This document shows, piece after piece, positions 1 through 6,736 of a DNA stretch of 31,728 nucleotides. Source of the stretch: Candidatus Iainarchaeum sp. (lineage in GTDB: Archaea > Iainarchaeota > Iainarchaeia > Iainarchaeales > Iainarchaeaceae). The stretch spans positions 1 through 31,728 of the forward strand of contig JBDRLP010000057.1 of NCBI GenBank assembly GCA_043812975.1. The letters run 5' to 3'. The translations under genes and the position numbers were made by a program. The notes under the pieces were generated by a model. That model was not told where the DNA came from. It saw only the letters and a list, made by a program, of their open reading frames with translations, and ran no database searches. How positions within the stretch are numbered: position 1 is the stretch's first letter; each line of letters begins with the position of its first letter.

Positions 1-29
1 TTCAAACTCAAAAAGATTTCGCCAAAGAA
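1..29 (-). repeat. Orphan copy of the scpA 3' end (FFGEIFLSL...), truncated by the window edge
   Basis: Minus strand reads ttc ttt ggc gaa atc ttt ttg agt ttg aa. Bases 1-23 are identical to 1123-1145, and the peptide matches scpA 2311-2340. Confidence 0.85.
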
Positions 30-89
30 TACATACTACAATTCCGATTTACTTGGTTTTGAAATATTACTTGCAACAAGAAGAATTTC
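30..89. repeat. 60-bp conserved non-coding arm, copy 1
   Basis: 55/60 identical to 1650-1709; abuts the scpA-tail copy at the same register. Confidence 0.9.
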
Positions 90-111
90 CGGCAGAAGTA
101 TTTATATTTTT

Positions 112-1053
112 TTAAAACCAGTTTCTTTTTTTGAAAAACCAAAGCATTGAAACTGACAAGATTATCATGAAAAAAATCATTACCCAAAATCCATAAGGAA
201 AAGCAGCTCCAGGAAGAATCTCGAAATTAGTCCCATAAATCCCAGAAACAACTGTTAACGGCAATGCAATAGTAGCAATAACGCTCAAAATTTTCATTAC
301 TTCATTACTGTTATTTGCTATTGAAGACATGTACACATCAAAGGCATTTCCTACTGCTTCTCTGGAATTATCAATATAATCAGAAACTCTTACTGCATGG
401 TCATAAACATCTCTAAAATAAGGAACAGCTTTCTTTGAAATTAATTCATAATCATTCTTTGCAAGGAAAGAAACTTTTTCTCTCTGAGCAAAAGCAGATT
501 TTTTGATTTTTACAACCATTCTTTTTAACTTCAAAATTTCCACAAGAGAAGAAGGAAGTGGTTTTTTTGCAACCTTTTCCTCAAGCACTTCAATTTTGTC
601 ACCAATTTCTTCCAAAACAGGAAAATAATTATCCACTTCCATATCAAGCAATTTATGGAAAATAAAATCCGGGCCTTTCTTAAATAATGATTCGATTTTT
701 TGTGAATCGTTTTTGAGTTTTGAAAAAGAACCAATTTCATTTTTATGATTGCTTATCACAAAATTTTTTCCTATCACAAAATCAAGTTCAATCAATTCAA
801 CAGACTTTGTCTTCTTGATGCCATAAAAAACACAAAAAAGATAATCAGAAAATTTTTCAACCTTAATCCTTATATGCTGATTAATAAAGTCTTCAATTGT
901 CAAAGGATGCAAACCAAAATTAGCTTTAACCAACTCAGCTTCTTCCTTTGTTATACCCGTAATGTCAACCCAAACCAGTTTGTCATTTAATTTTGACAAA
1001 TCCGCAGGTTTAGCTTTTTTCAATACTTTATCAAAATAAAAAATATCAATCAT
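112..1053 (-). CDS. corA: CorA-family Mg2+/Co2+ transporter
   Basis: WVDI and FGLHPL motifs, YFRDVYDH, two C-terminal TM helices, and signature GIYGTNF (a GMN variant). Confidence 0.93.
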   Translation of the reverse strand: MIDIFYFDKVLKKAKPADLSKLNDKLVWVDITGITKEEAELVKANFGLHPLTIEDFINQHIRIKVEKFSDYLFCVFYGIKKTKSVELIELDFVIGKNFVISNHKNEIGSFSKLKNDSQKIESLFKKGPDFIFHKLLDMEVDNYFPVLEEIGDKIEVLEEKVAKKPLPSSLVEILKLKRMVVKIKKSAFAQREKVSFLAKNDYELISKKAVPYFRDVYDHAVRVSDYIDNSREAVGNAFDVYMSSIANNSNEVMKILSVIATIALPLTVVSGIYGTNFEILPGAAFPYGFWVMIFFMIILSVSMLWFFKKRNWF

Positions 1054-1106
1054 TAATGCAATATAAAGCCAAATTATTTAAAAGAACTCGGAATCACCAA
1101 ATTGAT

Positions 1107-1151
1107 CTAAATTTTGTCATTATTCAAACTCAAAAAGATTTCGCCGAAAAA
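1107..1151 (-). repeat. Orphan copy of the scpA 3' end encoding FFGEIFLSLNNDKI*
   Basis: 10/10 aa identical to ScpA FFGEIFLSLN with five synonymous codon differences; has its own TAG stop at 1107-1109. Confidence 0.88.
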
Positions 1152-1176
1152 AGGTAATGGGTGTTTGGAAATATAC

Positions 1177-1554
1177 TCAAAAACCAAACCCAATCCAAGA
1201 CAGCCAAATGCCCAAAAGCAGAAGAAATAAAGTTGAAAAAAACTGTTTGTTCTTAAACATCTGCGCCTTCTCATGTATCGATTCAGGAAAACCTATTTTG
1301 TGGATTCCCTTCATAACCGTGCCCCAACCTAAAATCGTTATAGCAACAGGCCAATCCCACACCCAAATGTTATGGATTGCCACAGTGCCCAGGCCCATCA
1401 ACAACGTGCTATAACCGGTGGCAATAACAAATTTCTTGTCATCAGTCATTTCGATGGTTTTGCCTAATTGTTGTGTAACAATAAACAACAAACTGAAAAT
1501 TATGTAAAATAAACCCCAAAATCTTGCCAATGCAAAAGAAATTTCAAGCTCCAC
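1177..1554 (-). CDS. Small integral membrane protein (about 4 TM helices), function unknown
   Basis: 125-aa ORF with four hydrophobic segments; GTG start preceded by a GGTGTGA RBS-like sequence. Confidence 0.8.
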   Translation of the reverse strand: MELEISFALARFWGLFYIIFSLLFIVTQQLGKTIEMTDDKKFVIATGYSTLLMGLGTVAIHNIWVWDWPVAITILGWGTVMKGIHKIGFPESIHEKAQMFKNKQFFSTLFLLLLGIWLSWIGFGF

Positions 1555-1595
1555 TTTTCACACCAATAAAAAGAACAATTATCAAAAATAAATAA

Positions 1596-1649
1596 CTATC
1601 GTTTTTCTTCAGGATTCTTTACTGTGGCAATGAAAATCTCGTCAAAGAA
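1596..1649 (-). repeat. Divergent orphan scpA 3' end encoding FFDEIFIATVKNPEEKR*
   Basis: FFxEIF core in the same register relative to the arm as the copy at 1-29; TAG stop at 1596-1598. Confidence 0.75.
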
Positions 1650-1709
1650 TATATACTACAATTACGATTTACTTGGTTTTGAAATATTATTTGCAACAGG
1701 AAAAATTTC
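1650..1709. repeat. 60-bp conserved non-coding arm, copy 2
   Basis: 55/60 identical to 30-89 (offset exactly 1620 bp). Positions 1664-1700 are an imperfect inverted repeat of 2227-2262. Confidence 0.9.
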
Positions 1710-1711
1710 TT

Positions 1712-1930
1712 TCAGTAGAACTCTTCTTTTGGTTTTCCAGTCTGCTTAATGATAAACTTTATTACAAAAAGCGTAACCATTTTGTGATGAGGAACCCAAG
1801 TTGTAAGAACGTTTCCTTTTGAATCAGTTTTCTTGAAAGTAATATGCTTGCCGCTTCTTACTCGTTTAAAACCGTTTGACTCAAGAATTTTGATTACTTT
1901 ATCCTGACTTAGAGAGTGAAGCCTTCCCAT
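1712..1930 (-). CDS. hicA: HicA-family toxin (mRNA interferase)
   Basis: 72 aa, basic, with the pattern VIKILESNGF..VR.GKH...K...VPHH; overlaps the upstream hicB. Confidence 0.85.
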   Translation of the reverse strand: MGRLHSLSQDKVIKILESNGFKRVRSGKHITFKKTDSKGNVLTTWVPHHKMVTLFVIKFIIKQTGKPKEEFY

Positions 1931-2189
1931 GCAAAACCCCCAGTTTAACAGGCATGCTCACAAGAGACACCGAACTTGACAAAATCTCTTTCAAAGAAGG
2001 TTTTCTTGTGTCAGGGTCTTCAAAATACTCGCCAATCAAATCCTTCATGTTTTCCTTAACTTCTTTTTCAGTCTTACCTTGTGTTGCAATATCCAAAATA
2101 GGACAAGAAGCCACAAACCAACGACCTTCTTTACTCATTACAATAGGCAGAGAAACAGGAAACTCATTTTGCTTTTGCATAGAAACCAT
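1899..2189 (-). CDS. hicB: HicB-family antitoxin (short form, no obvious DNA-binding domain)
   Basis: EGRWFVASCPILDIATQGKTEKEVKENMKDLIGEY is the HicB motif. The start could be at 2189 or 2180. Confidence 0.87.
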   Translation of the reverse strand: MVSMQKQNEFPVSLPIVMSKEGRWFVASCPILDIATQGKTEKEVKENMKDLIGEYFEDPDTRKPSLKEILSSSVSLVSMPVKLGVLHGKASLSKSG

Positions 2190-2226
2190 AATGTAAATGA
2201 TGGCAAGCGAAGTATAAAAGCATATT

Positions 2227-2271
2227 CCTGATTCAACAAAATCTCAATACCAAGTAATTCGTCCTGCCACA
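2227..2271 (-). repeat. Hybrid site: scpA WQDE-coding half joined to an arm-related sequence
   Basis: 2256-2271 aattcgtcctgccaca matches scpA 2339-2354 aattcatcctgccaca (15/16). 2227-2262 matches the reverse complement of 1664-1700 (29/37 with one gap). Confidence 0.75.
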
Positions 2272-2286
2272 ATTTTTAAAATGCTT

Positions 2287-3084
2287 TTAATTGTCATTTT
2301 GAGACGTTTTATTCAGGCTCAAAAATATCTCGCCGAAGAATTCATCCTGCCACATGTTGATTCTTCCTTTATTGGTTAGGAACAAGCAAGGAAGAAAAGT
2401 CCTGACAATATTGACAATGTCTCCGTCCTTGTTTTTAATTAATTGAGAAAACAAAACAAGACCCTCAGAATCAGCATTTTTTGTTATCATTTTGTAAACC
2501 TTATCCATTTCCTCATCAATCTGAAAATCCGGCATCGGAATATCAAATTTAGTTCTTTCTCTTTTCAGAAAACTTTTATCCTTGGTTTTTTTGGATTGCT
2601 GCAGCATCTTTTCAATCGAATCAACCAAAGCATCAAGAGAAACTTTTCCCTCCTTAATTTTTCTAATATTTTTCAAATCAGGAAGCAAGGCCTCAAACTC
2701 AGCTCTTTCCTCAGGAGACATTTCCTTTTTCTTTTCAAGAAACTCATCCTCATCATCAATATCACTAAGCTTCAAAACATTAGACTTAAATTTAAGGAGA
2801 ATCGCACTCGCGAGGATAGCATTAGCAGGCAACCTCAAATCAGTGCCTGTAAGCGCATTAATTTTTCCAAGATACATTTCAGCCAGATGAGCAATATCAA
2901 TATCCCAGGGATCCATTCTTTCCTTTTTCACCAATTCTATCAAAATCGTTTTCCACGCAGGCTGGTCAATCAAATCAACCAAACCCTCCTGATTCATGGA
3001 TTCAGGTAAGGCTATAGTAGAATCAGAATCTGTAGAAGACTCTAATTCCTGTAAATCAGAATTGCTGTTATCAGGGTTTTCCAT
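2287..3084 (-). CDS. scpA: Segregation and condensation protein A (kleisin subunit of SMC condensin)
   Basis: MDPWDIDI, ANAILASAILLKFKS and C-terminal FLPCLFL...G.I..WQDEFFGEI match archaeal ScpA. Confidence 0.92.
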   Translation of the reverse strand: MENPDNSNSDLQELESSTDSDSTIALPESMNQEGLVDLIDQPAWKTILIELVKKERMDPWDIDIAHLAEMYLGKINALTGTDLRLPANAILASAILLKFKSNVLKLSDIDDEDEFLEKKKEMSPEERAEFEALLPDLKNIRKIKEGKVSLDALVDSIEKMLQQSKKTKDKSFLKRERTKFDIPMPDFQIDEEMDKVYKMITKNADSEGLVLFSQLIKNKDGDIVNIVRTFLPCLFLTNKGRINMWQDEFFGEIFLSLNKTSQNDN

Positions 3085-3164
3085 ATAGAATAAAGGAAAA
3101 CAATGGAATAAATAAGTATTGGTTATGTAGCATTCATAGTGTATTTATGGTTAATTTGAGTTGC

Positions 3165-4412
3165 TTAAGTCCCTTCTTTCCACGAATTTAAGTACTTTAT
3201 TTGTTCTTCAGTAAGCTCGTCCATTTCTACTTTCATTGCATCTAACTGAAGCTGAGCAATACTCTTATCAACTTCCTCAGGAAGCATGTGCAAATTAACA
3301 TCTAATTTGTTCTTCAAACCATATTCAAGAGCAAGTGCCTGACCGCAAAAACTCAGACTCATTACAGCACTTGGATGGCCTTCAGCAGCACCTAAGTTTA
3401 CTAATCTTCCTTCTGCACACAAATTAATTTTTTTACCATCTTTCATTGTGTACTCATCCAACTGCCATCTGATTCTTTTTTTGCTGACACTTAACTCTTC
3501 CAAACCAGAAACATCTATTTCAGAATCAAAGTGACCTGAATTAGCAAGTATAACTCCGTCTTTCATTTTTGGCATTACTTTTTTTGGAATAACATTTTTG
3601 TTTCCGGTAACTGTTACAAAAATATCCCCTAATGAAGCTGCTTCATCCATTGGCATTACTCTGTAACCATCCATCTTAGCCTGTAAAGCAGGAATAGGTT
3701 CAACTTCCGTAACAATAACATTTGCGCCAAGGCCTTTGCTTCTTAATGCAACTCCTTTTCCGCAGGAACCATAACCAATAACAACAACGGTTTTTCCTGC
3801 AAACAAAATATTTGTTGCTCTTAAAATTCCATCAATAGTACTCTGACCTGTTCCGTAATAATTATCAAATAAGTGTTTTGTTTTGTTATCATTCACAGCG
3901 ACAACAGGATATTTCAATGCATTTTCTTTTACCATTGCTTTTAATCTTATAATTCCTGTTGTGGTTTCTTCTGTTCCAACAACCAAATCATCAATTAATT
4001 CAGGTCTCTTTAAATGAATTTCAGAAACCAGATCAAGACCATCATCAATAGTTGCTGTTGGTTTAATATCCAAAACTTTACTCAAGTACTCATAATATTC
4101 CTCATTAGTTTCTCCTTTTTTTGCATAAACATTAACTCCTTCTTTTGCGAGAGCTGCAGCAACATCATCCTGAGTACTTAATGGATTACAACCAGTGATT
4201 GCAACTTCTGCACCGCCGGCAATCAGAGTTCTGACTAGGACTCCTGTTTCTTTAGTGACATGCAGAGCCATTCCTACTCTGTGACCTTTCAATGGCTTTT
4301 CTTTTTCAAAGCGTTTCTTAACTTCTAAAAGCGCCCCCATCTGGGTTTCAGCCCATTCTAACTGCATTTTCCCCTGTTCTGCTAACTTGATATCTTTCAC
4401 ATCATAACTCAT
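3165..4412 (-). CDS. ahcY: Adenosylhomocysteinase (SAH hydrolase)
   Basis: LHVTKET, CNPLSTQD, EETTTG, KHLFDNYYGTGQS and EGRLVNLGAAEGHP motifs. Confidence 0.98.
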   Translation of the reverse strand: MSYDVKDIKLAEQGKMQLEWAETQMGALLEVKKRFEKEKPLKGHRVGMALHVTKETGVLVRTLIAGGAEVAITGCNPLSTQDDVAAALAKEGVNVYAKKGETNEEYYEYLSKVLDIKPTATIDDGLDLVSEIHLKRPELIDDLVVGTEETTTGIIRLKAMVKENALKYPVVAVNDNKTKHLFDNYYGTGQSTIDGILRATNILFAGKTVVVIGYGSCGKGVALRSKGLGANVIVTEVEPIPALQAKMDGYRVMPMDEAASLGDIFVTVTGNKNVIPKKVMPKMKDGVILANSGHFDSEIDVSGLEELSVSKKRIRWQLDEYTMKDGKKINLCAEGRLVNLGAAEGHPSAVMSLSFCGQALALEYGLKNKLDVNLHMLPEEVDKSIAQLQLDAMKVEMDELTEEQIKYLNSWKEGT

Positions 4413-4511
4413 ATAATCACTTAAAAATTACAATTCAGAGCTTTTTTAAATCATTGGTACGATTCGGGTAAATTGACAATATTTAAATATGCTCAATAAG
4501 TTGTATAATAT

Positions 4512-4820
4512 ATGGCTAGACGAAGTAGACGAAAGAAAAGAAAACCTGAACGTGGATTTTTTAGCTTTTTAAAAAGAGGAAGTTATTACGAAAGAAGTTG
4601 GGGTAGTAGAAATATTACTCATTTAAGCTCAAGGTTACCTTCTGCTATTTCAGAAAAATTAAGAACCGAAAATATAGTTTCGGTTGGCTGGGCATTAAGG
4701 GGAACTAAATTAGTTTATAAAAAAGAGGGAAAAAGCAGGGTAAACGTACTTGACTCTGCCAAAAATACAATTATGCGATACGATTATTTTACTAGAAATG
4801 CAATTAATCCAGTAGAATAG
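4512..4820 (+). CDS. Orphan basic protein with Arg/Lys-rich N-terminus (MARRSRRKKRKP)
   Basis: 102-aa ORF with a TATA box (atttaaata, 4481-4489) about 23 nt upstream, consistent with a leaderless transcript. Confidence 0.7.
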   Translation: MARRSRRKKRKPERGFFSFLKRGSYYERSWGSRNITHLSSRLPSAISEKLRTENIVSVGWALRGTKLVYKKEGKSRVNVLDSAKNTIMRYDYFTRNAINPVE

Positions 4821-4843
4821 GATTTAAGAAAACCAGTGATTAT

Positions 4844-5119
4844 ATGCCTAAGTTCAGAATACCAAGAATAATTCCGAGATCCGTAAGTAAACACATACCT
4901 TATTTTGGAAAACCAAAAACTGTTCCACAAGTTGTGAGAGAACAATTAGCTTCAGGAATTTCTCCAGCCGTACACAAAAGAGCTGTTTGGACTGGATTTA
5001 AAAAAATACATTGGACTAAAGAAGAATCTAGTTTCATAGCAAGGTATCTTAAAAAAAAGGGAAAACTTAAAACACATAAAATATGGGCAACCTATGACAA
5101 TGAAGGGAATCTAAAATAA
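4844..5119 (+). CDS. Orphan basic protein (MPKFRIPRIIPR)
   Basis: 91-aa ORF with a GTGAT RBS just upstream; its stop abuts the convergent pfkB-family stop. Confidence 0.7.
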   Translation: MPKFRIPRIIPRSVSKHIPYFGKPKTVPQVVREQLASGISPAVHKRAVWTGFKKIHWTKEESSFIARYLKKKGKLKTHKIWATYDNEGNLK

Positions 5120-5122
5120 TAA

Positions 5123-6031
5123 TTAAAACTTCACAAATTCTTCAAATTCTTTATAACGTTTTTCAATATCTTCTATTGTTAATTCTTTTAGTTTTTCAAC
5201 AGAAAAGCCTTCAGCATTGAAAGAAGCAACAGCACTCGCATACACCAAAGCTTTTCGCATGTTCTCTTCGGAAAAATCATTTGTTTTTGCTAAATAACCA
5301 ATAAGAGTACCGCCAAATGAATCTCCGCTTCCTGTTGGATCTTTAACATTTTCCAGAGGATAACCCGGACATGAAAAATATTTTCCGCCAGAGAACATTA
5401 TACACCCATGTTCCCCTTTTTTTATTACCGCGATTTTAGAATCAAGTTTTAAAATTTCTTTTGCAGCCTTTGCAAGGTTTGAAGTATTGAACAACTGCCT
5501 TGCCTCAGCATCATTCATTAAGATCAAATCGACTTTTTTCACAACCTCAAGAACTTTATCACGTTTAATATTAATCCATAAATTCATTGTATCAGCAATA
5601 ACAAGACCAGGTCTTTTTTTCATCTGAGAAAGAACGCTTAATTGTAATTCAGGGTCTATGTTTCCTAAAAACAAAAAATCAGCTTCTCTGAATTCCTCAG
5701 AGAGTTCTGGGTTAAAAGTTTTCAGAACATTAAGATCAGTTTGCTTTGTAATTGCAGTGTTCAAATCCAACCCGTATTCACCTTCCCAGTGAAAGGTTTT
5801 CTCTCCACCCCTAACTTCAATTCCGGAAGTATCAATTCCTTTTGATTTAAACAATTTCAAATGCTCTTTTGGAAAATCATCCCCCACAACACCAACAATT
5901 CCTGCTTCAGAAAATAAAGAACACGCAAGCGAAGCAAAAGTAGCAGAACCTCCTAATACAGATTTAGCTTCCCCGAAAGGCGTTTTTACATCATCCAGTG
6001 CAAGAGAACCAACAATAACAACTTTTGGGAT
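5123..6031 (-). CDS. PfkB-family carbohydrate/nucleoside kinase (possibly adenosine kinase), with an apparent ATC start
   Basis: C-terminal DPTGSGDSFGG PfkB signature. The frame extends 48 codons beyond the ORF-track start to (I)PKVVIVGSLALD...LGGSATF, the conserved PfkB N-terminus. Confidence 0.9.
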   Translation of the reverse strand: MPKVVIVGSLALDDVKTPFGEAKSVLGGSATFASLACSLFSEAGIVGVVGDDFPKEHLKLFKSKGIDTSGIEVRGGEKTFHWEGEYGLDLNTAITKQTDLNVLKTFNPELSEEFREADFLFLGNIDPELQLSVLSQMKKRPGLVIADTMNLWINIKRDKVLEVVKKVDLILMNDAEARQLFNTSNLAKAAKEILKLDSKIAVIKKGEHGCIMFSGGKYFSCPGYPLENVKDPTGSGDSFGGTLIGYLAKTNDFSEENMRKALVYASAVASFNAEGFSVEKLKELTIEDIEKRYKEFEEFVKF

Positions 6032-6033
6032 TT

Positions 6034-6681
6034 TTAATCACTCTCATATTTTTTCAGGGTTTTTTCTACTTCTGAAAAGATTTCATGAAGTGTTCTGTTT
6101 CCATCAACTTTAATCAGTAAACCTTTTTCAGCATAAAAATCAGATAAGGGCTTTGTTGTTTCAGTATAAAGTTTAAGTCTTTTTTCAACAATTTCGGGGT
6201 TATCATCTGCACGAAGAATAGTTTTTCCGCTGCAATCATCACAGACGCCTTCTTTCTTAGAAGGGACATCAAGACCATAAATTCTTTTACAATCCACACA
6301 CTGCCTCCTTGCTGAAAGCCTTTTTACAATAACATCTATTGGAGAATCAATCTCAAGTACAACCTCCAGAGAAATTTTTAATTCATCTAAAAGCTGGTCA
6401 AGCATTTTTCCCTGAGGAAGATTTCTTGGAAAACCATCAAGAATAAAATAACCGTTAAGTTCATTCAGTCTCTTTTTCAGAATATTAAGGACTACTGAAT
6501 CACTTACAAGCAAACCGTCTTTCATAATTGGTTCTACTTTCATTCCAATTTCAGTTTTTTTGGCAACCTCATCCCTAAGTAAATCACCAGTTGAAACATG
6601 AGTGCATTTAAACGTGGTTTCAATAAACTTAGAAATAGTTCCTTTTCCCGTACCCGGAGGGCCCAACAACACTAAATTCAT
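6034..6681 (-). CDS. adk: Adenylate kinase (long form with Zn-binding lid)
   Basis: GPPGTGKGT P-loop, STGDLLR, ILDGFPR and a CxxC...CxxC lid. Start reassigned to MNLVLL. Confidence 0.96.
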   Translation of the reverse strand: MNLVLLGPPGTGKGTISKFIETTFKCTHVSTGDLLRDEVAKKTEIGMKVEPIMKDGLLVSDSVVLNILKKRLNELNGYFILDGFPRNLPQGKMLDQLLDELKISLEVVLEIDSPIDVIVKRLSARRQCVDCKRIYGLDVPSKKEGVCDDCSGKTILRADDNPEIVEKRLKLYTETTKPLSDFYAEKGLLIKVDGNRTLHEIFSEVEKTLKKYESD

Positions 6682-6712
6682 AATAAATCTAAATAAAAAT
6701 GGAGAAAAAGAC

Positions 6713-6730
6713 TTATTAATGCTATTGCCG
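6713..6730 (-). promoter_or_regulatory. BRE/TATA promoter of adk (cggcaatagcattaataa)
   Basis: Lies about 32 nt upstream of the adk ATG; 16/18 identical to the 18-mer at 22803 and 23214. Confidence 0.55.
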
Positions 6731-6736
6731 AAGTTT

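Larger units (their letters stand above)
1..2354 (-). mobile_element. Putative tandem cassette array at the scpA 3' end (hicBA, membrane-protein and corA cassettes; runs off the left edge of the window)
   Basis: Repeated scpA C-terminal coding fragments at 1-29, 1107-1151, 1596-1649 and 2227-2271 separate the cargo genes. A 60-bp arm is shared at 30-89 and 1650-1709. No recombinase gene is visible in the window. Confidence 0.65.

Noticed and set aside
1061..1094. Weak inverted similarity to the 60-bp arm upstream of corA (tcggaat)
   Set aside because: Only a 7-bp exact match plus the AT-rich corA TATA region, which is too weak to call.
1..1709. Repeats read as a CRISPR array
   Set aside because: Spacing is 0.5-1.1 kb with whole genes in between, the repeats are degenerate coding fragments, and no cas genes are present.
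2249..2271. Minus-strand TGTGGCAGGACGAATTACTTGGT resembles a Tn7 end (TGTGGGCGGACA...)
   Set aside because: It is better explained as a copy of the scpA WQDE codons. There is no matching second end, 5-bp target duplication or tns gene.
4410..4846. 12-bp perfect inverted repeat agtgattatatg around ORF 4512-4820 (possible invertible segment)
   Set aside because: Both copies are just RBS, spacer and ATG of divergent genes, and no invertase is nearby.
4413..5140. Gapped similarity between 4413-4436 and the pfkB-family 3' end as a target duplication around the orphan pair
   Set aside because: It requires several gaps in very AT-rich sequence and cannot be distinguished from chance.
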